From Octopus bimaculoides (Eukaryota), in NCBI RefSeq assembly GCF_001194135.2, contig NC_068983.1, positions 139,100,432 through 139,142,302 on the forward strand: 41,871 bases of DNA, given 5' to 3'. This document shows positions 12,083-24,444 of the stretch, piece by piece. Position numbers and translations under genes: made by a program. Within the stretch, counting starts at the first letter, position 1, and the number at the start of each line of letters is the position of its first letter. Under the pieces are notes generated by a model. The model was not told the DNA's origin and did not search any database. It saw only the letters and a program-made list of their open reading frames with translations.

Positions 12083-13162
12083 GAATGCGTGTACACTGCT
12101 ATATAAAACAATAAGATTGCTTATTACTTATTATAATCTGATACTTTTATTAGGTGAGCATAATCTCAGAAGATGTCTATTCATTTCCACGTATATAGAA
12201 TTTATTATAAATCACTTATATACCCAGTAACTAACTTTTTTCATATTCCTCTTAAAATTTCATATTATAGAATTTGACAATACTTTTTAGTTTTGTAACT
12301 TCTTTTATTATTTTATAAGTATTGCTTGATTTTAAATTTTCATCCGTTTCTCCCCGATTTGTGTTCATTCAGTTACTAAGAAAATGAAACAATTTACTTT
12401 TATCTCTCACTATTTACGTCTCGTACAAGATATTTACGATTTGCGAATGTCTGTAGATTGAGCAAACTGTTTGGCAAAGAGCATAATTCCTAATTTTAAC
12501 AAGAAACCCAAAGTAACATGTATTTTCTTTAACTTTATATATTTCATTATAATATATTGCATTCTGATTAACTAATTTTAGCATTCTATACTTTTTCGCA
12601 TATTCAATTAACTCACTGCACACAAACACACACACATATATATGTGCATATATATGTGCATGTATTGAATACATACACACATGCAGATGCACAAACATAC
12701 GCATATATATATATGTGTATATATATTTACGCACATACATATATATACATATATATATATATATAACAATATATATTATATATATATATATTATATATCA
12801 CATATCATAATATATATAAAATATGTATATAATAAAATACTACAGCACTATAAACAAAACATGAGCAGTACCAGTTGTCAATATTCCTACCTTCAATTGG
12901 TGCCACACGTAAGGATTCAACTCCTACGAAAGGAACAAACCAAACAGTTAATTAGCAGCATATTAAAGAAATTAGCTGTCTGGAATCATAAAATAAGATC
13001 TTGTTGAAGTAATTATGCATTATGCAATTCTGTGTAATATCTGAAAATACTTTGTTACTGTGAATTACTAATGTATACTCGAAGCTAATGAACATTTTAA
13101 CAATGAATATTATTCTACATAAAATCAACCTTATTCCCTTATAAAAACTGTGAAAGTCTGTT

Positions 13163-15110
13163 TCAACCCTTGGTCTACCAGAGAAGATGTATGTCACTAA
13201 TTACCAACTGGGTCCAATGGACCCAATATTTTTCTTTTAATTCAATGTTATTCAAACTACCATTATTACTTAGCTACATTATATATGCTGTCAGGTGAAT
13301 GGAGAATTAATGTTTCTCACACATTTTAATGAAAAAATACAGCTTACAGAATATATTAGCAATTTAAAAAATTACAAAAATACAAAATTACAGCTCTTCA
13401 TGCGAGTGAATGCAGATAGGATTGAAATTTTCTTGGCAAACATAGATATTACAATTCTTACATGTACGAGTTTTCCTGTCTTTTTTGGGCGACACAAAGA
13501 GCATCTTCCCTTTTTCTTTCGCTGAGGAATCTCAAATGAGGTGGAAGATCGTCTTCTTTTCATGTTTGGTTGAGAAATGCTAGCGGAACTAGATTGTTTG
13601 TCGTGTTCTTCTTTAGCATTAACTCCAGCAAGTTCCTTGCCTAACTGAATTAGGTATTGTCTTCTTTTATCCTTGAAACTTTGCAAGTGAAGCTGCTTAG
13701 CAACAATGACAGCGATCACTGCACTTATATTAATCATGCTGTAGAATATAACCATAGACCATCGAGTCATTCTTTTGTAAGCGTATATTCTTACCATCTA
13801 ATCCAGGGTATCTACTCCTCCTTTTGCTTTTCTGTAACATGTAATAACTTCAGGTTTCTTTTCAGCACTTTTTGAATCAATTGAAGGCTGAGAGTGCATT
13901 GTACTCATAAGTGTGACTACATAATTTTTCTTGGGACAATAAGATAGGATCATAGGAACCTTTTGAAATCCAAATATTGTTCTGTTGATTTCTTTTTCTT
14001 TTTTTTTATTTGTGAAATCACTGGGAAATTCAACTGTGTTCTTTCTAATTGTTCCACCTAAAGCAGTTTTCTTGCTAAGTAGCTTTTGAGCCAATCCTAG
14101 GCTTGTAAAAATGATCACAAATTATATTGCTACCAGTATTTTCAAGTTCTTTTAATAGGTTTTCAACCACTCTTGAACCTTGATTTGTCTCTGTCGCCTT
14201 TAATGGATCTTTTCCAGTGTAGATTTGCATTTTCTAGGCATAAAATGTCTCACTGTCACAGATTGACCAAATTTTAATTCCATATTTCCTTGGTTTTGAA
14301 GGAATATATACCGGAATGGGCAGCGCCCTCTGAATAAAACTAATAGTTCATCAGCTGCCATGCATGAACTTGAAACATATCCATCTTGCAAATTCTGATT
14401 CTACATTTCAAATACTTCTCTTATGGGCTCCAATTTATCATCACTTCTCTTTTTTCTTCTTGCACTAGCATTATCAAAACGCAATACTTGTTAAATCTGT
14501 TGAAATATTTCTCGGCTTATAATTTTGCTGAAAATTGGGTAGCCATCTTCTTCACTACATAAATGTGTGAAATTTTCATGTTTAGATTTATAAATACCTA
14601 TAAGAATAATCAGTTCAATAAATTTCTTTAGTTTAGAATGATCAATTTCCTTCCATTTATCTTTGTAAACAACCTGACCTTCAATATTTGTCCATTTACG
14701 AATTACTTCAAGAAGAATCTGGCGCATAACTACAGTAAAACATGTTTCAATGCTATTGCAGGACCTTCTAGCGAAATCGGATGGTCCACATTCTTGGAGC
14801 ACAGTATTGCAAGATGATGTTCTTACTACTGCTTGAGCAAGAGGATTAGAATGCCAAAAAATTGTTCTGTCTCTAGAGACATATTGCTAATTCAGAATTG
14901 GGTGGCTTGCAGATAATTTTTTTGAGTATCTTCATCATCTGATGACACAGAAACTAAACTGTCCAGCACACAATCACTTTCACCATCATCTTCAGAGCAA
15001 TTGAAGGAATCGCTACTATCTTCTTCCCATTCTTCAAATTCAAATAACCTTTTCGATATTTGGTTTTCACTCAAGTTTTCATGTCTAGGCCTATTGGAAA
15101 GCACAACTGA
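13163..15110 (-). mobile_element. piggyBac transposon (PGBD4-like transposase), near full-length, disrupted
   Basis: Minus-strand fragments in colinear order: acidic N-terminus (15104-14892); DELLVLFRGRCPFR (first catalytic Asp); NIICDH-F-TSLGLAQKLL (second Asp, frameshifted at about 14113); GTIRKN; KGGVDTLD*MVR (third Asp); RWSMVIFYSMINIS; Cys-rich C-terminus RCSLC / TCKNCNIYVCQENFNPICIHS (frameshift at about 13490; stop 13388-13390). Candidate terminus TCAA|CCCTT at 13163-13171 and a subterminal palindrome at 13209-13225. The other terminus was not found. Confidence 0.93.
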
Positions 15111-15347
15111 ACTATATGAAACTTGATAGCAGACTAAAGCAGATATTGCTCTCTCACATACTTATACTCTCCTGAAAGATGATACAATATATTTTAAGAA
15201 TTGCGTCATCACATAGAAATATTGCATCACCCTATAACTTAATAGATTGAAGGTAAAGCACTACCAAATAAATTTACAGGAATATTTTCATAATCTTTCT
15301 TATTTTATCTAAAATTCAGCATATAAATTGAATACAATTTTAGACAG

Positions 15348-15543
15348 TGTCACGTGACAACTTGCTGGGGCAGCCTGCTGGGGCAGCCTGCTGTGGCAGC
15401 CTGCTGGAGCCTAGCAGCAGGTATAAAAAGGAGAATTTGACATGACAACCAGTCGGACGCTGACACTCGTTGATGCTGCATCGAAGAGGCCAGTGAATAG
15501 AAGAAAGAAGACACGCACCCAACACCAGAGCTGGTATATAACA
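15348..15543 (+). mobile_element. LTR-like segment (possible short solo LTR)
   Basis: Begins TGTCACG, ends TATAACA, TATAAAA at 15422-15428, GC-rich island in AT-rich DNA, 13-bp tandem repeat inside. No TSD or PBS seen. Confidence 0.42.
15364..15412. repeat. 13-bp GC-rich tandem repeat (GCTGGGGCAGCCT) x3 plus a partial copy
   Basis: Units at 15364, 15377, 15390 (GCTGTGGCAGCCT) and partial 15403. Each unit contains GCTG-NNN-CAGC dyad symmetry. Confidence 0.92.
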
Positions 15544-15787
15544 CAACCCCACCAATTACTGACTTATATATATATATNNNNNNNNNNNNNNNNNNNNNNN
15601 NNNNNNNNNNNNNNNNNNNNNNNNNNNNNNNNNNNNNNNNNNNNNNNNNNNNNNNNNNNNNNNNNNNNNNNNNNNNNNNNNNNNNNNNNNNNNNNNNNNN
15701 NNNNNNNNNNNNNNNNNNNNNNNNNNNNNNNNNNNNNNNNNNNTATATATATACGAGAGGCTTCTTATATAGTTACATATATGTATT

Positions 15788-15925
15788 GGTGTGTATATTT
15801 GTATCTTTTCGGTTCAGCAAATGAGACCGAATAATTACTACACTTAAAAGAATAAGTCCTGGGGTCATTTTGTTCGACTAGAGGCATTCAAATGACTGAA
15901 ACAAGAAAAAGAATAAAGGAATAAA
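15788..15925 (+). mobile_element. SINE 3' tail fragment
   Basis: AAGAATAAGTCCTGGGGTCATTTTGTTCGACTA...AAATGACTGAAACAAG, the reverse complement of the tail at 6356-6550. Confidence 0.82.
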
Positions 15926-16399
15926 AGTATATACATATGAATGTGTTACAATAGTGAGTAAAGCCCGAAAATGACAAACAAATCTACACCTTTTGTCATG
16001 TTTACGCACTTCTCTTTTGTTTATTGTTCAATTTCAGGTCGTCGTTGTTCTTGTGATGGTGGATAACGAGCAGTTCTTCATAAACAATATGTTTCAATCA
16101 TTTGAAAAGTTAGTGATTTTATAATAACTATAGTCTGTGCACATGTATTACCAGCTCTGAGAAGCACTGTAGTATAAATAACTTGCGAGGAGAACCCAAA
16201 CTAACTGCCACATTACTCAAACTCTAACCCCATTTTGACTCAGATTGCATTTTGAAATTCTCTTTATTGCTCAGACTGGAGTCGCATTGATATCTATGTC
16301 GTATGTATACAGCTCTAGTTCATCGTGGACAGAACAACCTGTGCTCAATGCCATTCCCCGACCATTTGTTATTTTGTGCAGATTAATAAGTACATTAGT

Positions 16400-16824
16400 C
16401 TTTTACTCTTTCACATGTTTCAGTTATTTGACTGCAGCGAAGCTGGAGCACCGGCTTTTGTCGAACAAATCGACCCAAGGACTTATTCTTTGTAAGCTTA
16501 GTACTTCTTCTATCGGTCTCTTTTGCCGATTCGCTAAGTCACGAGGACGTAAACACACCAGCATCGGTTTTCAAGCTACGATGGGGGGGGGACCAAACAC
16601 TGACACACAAGCATACACACACTCTCTCTCTCTCTCACACACACACACACATATATATGCTACGGGCTTCTTTCAGTTTAAGTCGACCAAATCTACTCAC
16701 AAAGCTTTGGTCGGTTCGAGGCTATAATAGAAGACACTTGCTTAAATGTGTCACACCGTGGGACTGAACCCAGAACCATGTGCTTCGTAAACAACCTACT
16801 TATCACACAACAACTCCTGCGCCT
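16400..16824 (-). mobile_element. Full-length tRNA-derived SINE (head, central domain, microsatellite, tail)
   Basis: Minus strand begins AGGCGCAGGAGTTG...GGTTCTGGGTTCAGTCCCACGG...TAAGCAAGTGTCTTCTATTATAGCCTCGAACCGACCAAAGC (CORE-like GCAAGT segment), then a (TG)/(GA) microsatellite and the same tail as 6356-6550. Confidence 0.9.
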
Positions 16825-18900
16825 GTGCAACTTTTCTGTGTTATTGAAGAACATAGAGCAGGAATTGTGGAACATTTGGCTTCTATCTTAAGCATACCGT
16901 TCTACCTGATATTTTCTCTCTCTCTTTCTGGCTCGAGTGATCTTTCCTTGCTAACATATTTTCATTCTACTTTGTCACAGGTTTTGATAATTGAATTATT
17001 AAATGTCTTTTACGCATAAAAGCCATTGTATATTTGTAAAGTATCATTAATATATTGATTCAAACGAAAATGTGTAAAAAATATTTTCAAATAGAACCAC
17101 ATCATTGCCTAAAACAAGAGCTGATTGTACACAATGAAAATAAATACCAGATTCGTAATTCCCATGGGACAGAATCCGTAGGCTTTACAGAATTGTTTTC
17201 ATCTAAATTGTTATAAAAATATCCATAAGCAATCGCTAAATATATTTAAAACTTCAAAATATTTTTCAGACGGACATAGCCCTTATGCTAATCTTTAAAT
17301 TCAGTTAAAAATAATCAATTATCTATAAATGGATTAAGTAAGCCGATTATTGAATCAACTTGAAAAGTAGGGTATCAAATGTGTAAGTATAACTTTCCTT
17401 TCATCGAATGCACTGAATTCGAAAAATTAAAAATGAACATAAGAAGATTAAATTTGAAGGTTTTCAAAACACAGGCAAGTAATTATAAGCTTGAATAGAA
17501 GCTAAAAGTTATTATAGCGGAACTAGAATCTGACTAAATTTTATTTTATAGGAAGAGCTGAAACGATGTCGGAAACGGTAGACTTTGAACTTCTGATGAA
17601 AATGGCCACAATTCAGGATTGCAGGAAGCTTTGTTTTATCTGGTCTTTTAACTATAATGCCAATCGTAGTATGTTTATGACATTCATTTCTTTAATAATT
17701 AGGAACACTCCACACATTTTACGGAAGAACACAGTCGGTTATGTGAACTTTAGAGCTTTATTGTAGCAGTCTAGAAATTATGCAAAGCTGAATTATTTCA
17801 GTAGAATTCTTATTAACTAATAAACTTACACAAAAATATTTTCTCTCACCTTGCTGTTTTTATTTCATAAGTGTTTTAAAAATAAATCCTCTTTTGACAG
17901 TTTTTCGCATAAATAAATTTTTTATCGACTTTCAGGTTTCTATTGAACAACTTCAAATCGACACTAGGAAAAACATAGACAGAAAGATATTTTCCGAGGT
18001 TTGATGTTCTGGGAAAGATTGCTTGAGTATATCATGCTAAACAGTAGACGAGAAACCGGTGGAGAGAAGTTAGGGAATTGAAATGGCATGGATAGTGGTT
18101 GTACAAGGACAGAAAAACACTCTGGGATAAATTGCATGAGAATTAGTTGGTTGTGCTTTTCTTGATGCAATCAAGGATGTCTGTGATTACATGAACAACA
18201 TTCCAGATCATTGGAAAGTATGTAATTTTTGATCTGATATGAGTCCTGTGGCGGGAACTACTAAACGTTACTATGCTTTTCTGACTCTAAATTAAGTTTC
18301 TAACGATAGGAATATATGCTTGCAAAAACAAAGATATCAAGAAAGCATGTACAAGAAAAATACTAGGTGTATTTTTGTTTATGAGTTTGTCTTCTGTGTG
18401 GGATGTGGTAGCGACATACCTTAAATGATTTCAGTTACACCCTTAACAGAAAATGATGGGTCAAGATTGAAGCACAGGCGCTATCAAGGATAAGTAACTT
18501 AGAAGTGGTGGACCACAGCATTTCAGTTAACTTTAAATGCCAAAGGAGAGGTGGTGCGTAGTTTTAAGCTGTGTTGTAGGTAACCATGATAAGGTAGATT
18601 TCGAAATATGTAGTATATGCAAAAATGCTGTTGTACAGTCTAAACTATTTGAATTAAAGATGTAAAAATGGAAATTGAATAGCACATGCAACAGAGTTGT
18701 TCGAACAAATCCAAGTTACCCCATTCATTAAGTATTAAGAGAAACTGATTTCAAGAAACAAAATGTTGGAAATGTTAGTGATAGTTACAATTTTAGTTAT
18801 ATGAATGACGTAGTAATCCAATACGACATAGTAGTCCAATACAGAAGAATGCTCTATACAGCTTAAATCCAGAAGACTATATATTCCTCATGAAATAATT

Positions 18901-18903
<3 letters not shown>

Positions 18904-18956
<53 letters not shown>

Positions 18957-18995
18957 TGCTCGCTCTCTCTCTCTCCCCTCTCTCTCTCTCTCTCT
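18904..18995. repeat. (TC)n microsatellite, interrupted
   Basis: Direct reading. Confidence 0.95.
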
Positions 18996-20121
18996 GGAAG
19001 GCGACATAAATTCAATGGTATAATAATAAGCAATAAAATATTAACCAGTGGCAGTACATTTTTATAACTTTAATCTAAATAAAGTGTTCAGAGTTTCCAG
19101 TAAACGAATCATAGTAATATGCTCACTCTATAGACAGCACACTACTCGGAAAGTCATACAGAAAATGCTACTCAGAAAATGTTGTATAGAACAGAACATA
19201 AACATTTGGGCCGGATATTATAAATCAAAGAAATGCCTTTTCAAATGCGATGTGCAACCATGAGCAAGAAGAAATAAAATAAACATTAACCTTTACTTCA
19301 TTTTCGCAACGTAGTTTGATTTCAGAGCGAAATAGAAATGAAGAACAAATATAAAAGCGATAGGGAAAACATGTAAATACTTTAAACATCAAGATAAGTT
19401 ATACATAAAACATGAAAAAGAGAAATGAAAACTGTAAAGTAAACAAAACATTCGATAAAGATCACTAGAAAAAGCTAAAATAAAACTAACTGCAAGATTG
19501 ACATGATCCTCCATGAGGTACTCAGCGAAAAATAACGAACAAAGTAGAGATTATTGTAGATCCCATTCGGGATCAATGTAACCACACTCATTATCTGGGG
19601 GTCTTCGTCGTCTAGAGTTGTTCATATATTTCCAAAAATGTGTGAAGGCCTAGGCTTGTGCATTTTTTGAACAATTGTTCATGAATATCAGTCGCTACTC
19701 TTCTCGTCAACGAAGTTATCCAAGAAATTGGCATCTAATAGGCCGTAATTAGTACAACAACGCATCCAGTCTGAGATTCTAATAGTTCCGCTAATCTTAC
19801 ACTCTGAGAAAGTATCGTTTCCTTTGGCGGGATTTGAATTTGAAAGCAGAGCGTAGTGTCGGAACAAATATAGTGAAATCACTATACTTAGAATCCTTTA
19901 AGTGATAGCTTACAATTAACTGAAATGTTTTATGAAATCTTTGAGCACATACTCCTACCACCACCTGGTCTAGCAAGCAAAATACACAATGAGGCACACA
20001 TGTGCAGTTGAGTAACTCTTTTGAAAATTGTTTGTTATTATAACATTGTTTTCATAGAAAATTGGAAACCAAATTACTCAGAGAAATATGGAGTAAAATT
20101 AATGTGCTAGATAGCACTGTC

Positions 20122-20126
<5 letters not shown>

Positions 20127-20181
<55 letters not shown>
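20127..20181. repeat. (AG)n microsatellite
   Basis: Direct reading. Confidence 0.95.
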
Positions 20182-20184
<3 letters not shown>

Positions 20185-20429
20185 ACAAAGATATAACTTA
20201 TTCTATGATTGGCATATCCCGGAGACATAAACAAGTGCTTCTAAGTTTCACAGATGCATTCACGGAATATTATATACATATATATATAATAGAAATATGT
20301 TACAAAAACAAAATAGAAACTACACTTAGAAATGTAAGGGGAAACTAAGAAGAAAAATAAGCGAGAATGCACATAGGAAAACAAAAAAAGTAAAGGCTTT
20401 TTTATGAAAAGTAACGATAGATACATGCA

Positions 20430-21247
20430 ATTAGATGAACTGAGGTAGGAATAAAAGTAATAAAAGTCGATATTGTGAATTGTTAAAGGGATTCAAATGC
20501 ATACCGGTTTAGTAAAGTTACTAATCATTGCTTTGAATGCACAACGATTACTGAACGGTGTCAGGTCTGCTAGTCCCTTAGTAAAAAGATTATGTATAAG
20601 AGAGGTAAGTAGTTCTGGATTTGGTGCAATTAGGGTAGATATAGATCTGTAATGTGAATGGGGGGTTAGTGGTATTAATTGAAAGGGTAGTAGTGTTCTG
20701 TATTATGTTATGTGTTCATATTTAGTTGTGGAAGATATTCATTGATGAAAGTTGCCTCTTTATTCATTCTTTGTTGTACTGAGGTGTTCTATGTACATTG
20801 ATAGAAGGGGAACATTAGGAAATTAGGATTAAGATTCCTAGCACACTTTTCTATGTGTCCACTGACCTGTATCTGCCTGTATTGTGGATGGCGGATTTGT
20901 TCTTTGTGCAGAGTGGTTCTTCGACGGAGTGATATTCCTGTTTGACCAATATAATTATTACCACACCCTAAGCATTTAATGGCATAGATTAGATTTTCTG
21001 AGACACAGGTGATATTTGATCTAATCTTAAATATTTCACCTCGTTTAAAGTGGAACTCTGAACCTTACAAAAGGTGGGGGCATGTACCACAGCTAGGTCG
21101 ATCACGCTTTTTCACTTTTGGTTCTGTTGTTAATGGATATAGTCTTGCGTTGTTTAATATTTTTTTCAATGATTTAAGAAGAAGAGCTTGAGTAACACCT
21201 GCAGCTCCTTCCGTTCTTGCACGGAACAAAACGTCTATGATGTGCAC
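20430..21247 (-). mobile_element. Penelope-like retroelement 3' fragment: GIY-YIG endonuclease plus 3' repeat region
   Basis: One frame 21247->20708 with only two internal stops (21065, 20789): KSLKKILNNARL..KKRDRPSCGTCPHLL*GSEFHFKRGEIFKIRSNITCVSENLIYAIKCLGCGNNYIGQTGISLRRRTTLHKEQIRH...VSGHIEKC...RMNKEATFINEYLPQLN. It shows IY/YIG motifs, catalytic R, E and N, and the Cys/His pattern typical of Penelope endonucleases. A decayed HHR lies downstream. Confidence 0.92.
20492..20538 (-). ncRNA. Decayed hammerhead ribozyme motif in the Penelope 3' region
   Basis: Minus strand ATTCAAA-GCA [ctg missing] ATGA T TAGTAA CT TTACT [g missing] AAAC CG GTA TGCATTTGAAT: long stem I, stem II, minimal stem III with GUA triplet, core bases deleted. 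Confidence 0.55.
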
Positions 21248-21384
21248 ATCATCTCAAACACACACAAACACACACACACACACACACATTCACAACACAC
21301 ACACACAAATATATATTCTGTGATCAACGATTCAGATATTGTTATACATCGCTGGTAACAATGTGCTTGCATTGTTTTAGACTC

Positions 21385-21575
21385 CGAATAATTCCATCCT
21401 GTTGGGTTGGCAAGTAAACCAACATTATCGGAAGGCTGCTCCGTCGCTGGGTTACCTTCAACTGGAGCAATGTGTAATGAAATGTCTTGCTCAAGCGCAC
21501 AACGCGAAGCGGATCTGGAGTTGAAATTGCGATGTCACTATCGTGAGTTTAACACGCCTAGCCACTAGGACACAT
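21385..21575 (-). mobile_element. tRNA-derived SINE, third family, degenerate
   Basis: Minus strand CCTAGTGGCTAGGCGTGTT (A-box-like)...GTTGTGCGCTTGAGCAAGACATTTCATTACACATTGCTCCAG...AACCCAGCGACGGA. Confidence 0.68.
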
Positions 21576-23074
21576 ACACACATGCACGCACACACACACA
21601 CACACACATATATGTATACACATATACTTATAGATATGTACATGTATGTGCATATTGGTGTGTATACTTTTTAAAATCGGCATAAAACTACATCATTACA
21701 GCAAGCGTAAATTCTTCCTACGATTCAGTTAATTTTGTTTCTGAGACAAGAATGTTAACATGTAAGTTTAAATAAACCATACTTTTGTTAGATAAATGTG
21801 CAAAAGCTATTTTGCAATACTGAACTCATTGTTACTTTATTTCAAAACCGAATACAATGCAATAACACCAAATGTGTAACAAATCAAAACATTCTTTAAA
21901 CATACTCAATGGGAGAATAACTAATCTCAAACTTCCATTAGTCATTTTCGTTCCAATCAATGATATGTGTATCTTAAGAGGTCATGGTTAGGTTTTAACA
22001 CAAACACAAATAATCACTTTCTTTTCCAGTTCCCTGTAATAACTTTAAAGGGACAGGCAGGATTTCAATGCTTGAAATCTTAGATTATTCAGGATTGCGT
22101 GTTATCAAAATTACATCTGCGTGCAAAGCTAGAAATAGTACATTTCAAAAGTCATTATTTTCACAGTGGTTCCTAGCGGAGATAATGAATTTTATCACTC
22201 CAGGCCAAAAGTGAATCGAGCGAATGTATATATGTATATATATATATATGTGCGTGTGTGTGTATGTGTGTGTTTGTGCGCGTGTGTGTGTTTGTGCGTG
22301 TGTGTGTGTGTATACGTAAGGTAGGTATTGTCTGTTTTTACCGTAGTTTCCTTTATTGTTTTGTTTTAGCATGCTACACGAATGTTCACATTTTAAAATT
22401 TGCAACGTTGCTGTTTGCCGATTTGTTAGTACAGAGCAGTCTACTTTTTATAATCGGAAATAATGTTGTGAAATGGTGATTGGTATGGAAATTAGTGAGT
22501 TTCCAATTCTTTAAATGCTTAATGTAATCATTTGGTTGTTATTGAAAATGATTTTTTGAAAGTAATCAAAAGATGCATGTATTTTTATATACTCACATGT
22601 ATATATACATGTGTATATGTATGTATTTATCTCTGTAATATTGCTTTTGTGCGTATGTATATTTGTCTATAGGTAAAAACTCGTCTGTATTAATTTATAT
22701 TTCCATATTGAGAAGCATCACTCCCTTGCATTATTATGTGATTATGTGCTTCTATCTCTATCTCTCGCGCCCACGTTTGCACATACACAGTTGCAGGTTA
22801 TATTTACTAACGTCATTTTACACGCCCTTTTTAGGTGCTTATATACACGACTGACACAAATTATCCCACGCATAAATGACTGCACTATATTGTTATCAAA
22901 TTTGCACAATTCCATTATATTTCAGGCTCTACTTATATACCTAGCTTGCAATTATTAAGTTATCGAAAGCGAGATTTTATACAGATTTATAATTGTTTTT
23001 ACATTTATTTTCTTGTTTTATCTTTTTACTAATGTAAGTATATAAAATGACTGATCAACAGTCATTTTACACAG

Positions 23075-23925
23075 ACGTGAAAGGTGTCATTCAATTCGTT
23101 GGCTTTCCTTTGGATCCATACTAGAGGGTTACATGGGTGTATGCGTGCCCAATGCTCGGCATCTTCTTCGCTTTGATACTGAAGTATACCTTGGGCAGAG
23201 GCACAGGAAAACGTTTTCGAGAAGTGGGCTGCATGTGACATAGTTCGCCATCATTTGGACCGGATTACTGAAACAATTCAACGTTGTTATACGTTCCATT
23301 CAAAAAATATATTAAAAAGAGAGCGCTGCTTACCAATGATAATTTTAGAACGTCACCGGATGTTATTTATGTTTTTTTTAAAGATCAATCTGGAGAGTCC
23401 TCAGCGGGTCTCTAGCGTCGAATAATACTAAAGTACATGATGTACTCATCAGATACATGCCATTCATTAACGCAAGGTCACTCGATAAACAACCTCTCGT
23501 GGACGGTGTCACAAGACCTATCAAAACTTCAGCATGACAATCAGTGTGAAGAAGACAGAATTTTAAGGTCAAGGTGCTCAGCATACCCTTATTGCGGCCT
23601 TCAGAATCAGCCAGTTGGTGGTACTTCAGGATTTTACATGCTACGGCTCCATGATTTCGGAGAGTACATCTACATCTACATGCCAGTACATCTACTGGCA
23701 TGTAAGACGAGCAGCATCAGCAGAAGTTAGACTGACAAGAAGAGACTGGAAGGACAGAAAACTAACGGTGTACACGATGGTTGTGATCTAAACAGATTGC
23801 ATCCTAAGCAAACTTTTAGACGGTGGTGAGAATAGTATCGTCTACTCAAGACGAGAATGGGATCTCAGAGCTTATGGTTATCAAGTTGTCTGATTCCACT
23901 GCAATGATGTGAAGATCTCAAGATA
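23075..23925 (+). mobile_element. RTE-clade LINE reverse transcriptase fragment, degenerate, with an insertion of about 170 bp
   Basis: LGIFFALILKYTLG (from 23155), unrelated insert at about 23211-23379, then TKVHDVLIRYMPF (FADD deleted), SMTISVKKT, LVVLQDFTCYGSMISE, RLTRRDWKDRKLTV, CILSKLLDGGE. These are colinear with RTE motifs LFGIFF, TKV..VLIRDMLFADD, GLTISLKKT, FTYLGS, VLSTLLYGSE. Confidence 0.85.
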
Positions 23926-23999
23926 CACAGAGTATGGGATAGTGGCCGTTGGTAAAGAAATACACTGACAACCCTATCTTCATTGCAAGAATGTTTATA

Positions 24000-24051
<52 letters not shown>

Positions 24052-24094
24052 TGAGAGAGCGAGAGAGGGAAGAGAGAGGGGGAGACATTGTCAG

Positions 24095-24333
24095 TGATCA
24101 CATCTGCTGGGAAGTGGAACTAAGCAAGTAAAATTTAAGAAGATAATTAGAAAAGTGAAAAAATTGCTGGTAAAACAGGACCGGGAGAAGGCGAGAAGAC
24201 GTGGCATCGAATGCAGCCACTGCGGGCGGAACTCTCACCCAGATTTGAGACTTTACAGGTACAGATGTTGTTATACCAACAAGATCAAAGCAAGATATTC
24301 CAGGTGCAAATATATGGCTTTGAGGGGCAGACA
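24095..24333 (+). mobile_element. RTE-clade LINE 3' end
   Basis: REKARRRGIECSHCGRNSHPDLRLYRYRCC resembles the RTE C-terminal CxxCGR.CH..IGL..H..RC motif. Probably the same insertion as 23075-23925, with a deletion and a microsatellite between. Confidence 0.68.
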
Positions 24334-24444
24334 CACAACACACACGCACACACGCACACACGCACACACACACACACGCGCACACCCACACACACACACA
24401 CACAAACAGGCACACAAACACACACATGTAAATGCAGTAAGGAT

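Noticed and set aside
17936-18217. Idea that five stop codons are recoded to Trp by A-to-I editing
   Set aside because: Stop density is near random expectation and there is no supporting homology; unparsimonious.
19560-19810. Relatively GC-rich stretch with short protein-like frames on the minus strand
   Set aside because: Stops occur in all frames and no family motif was recognised.
7089-21575. tRNA genes
   Set aside because: The A/B-box-like sequences are SINE heads without a cloverleaf.
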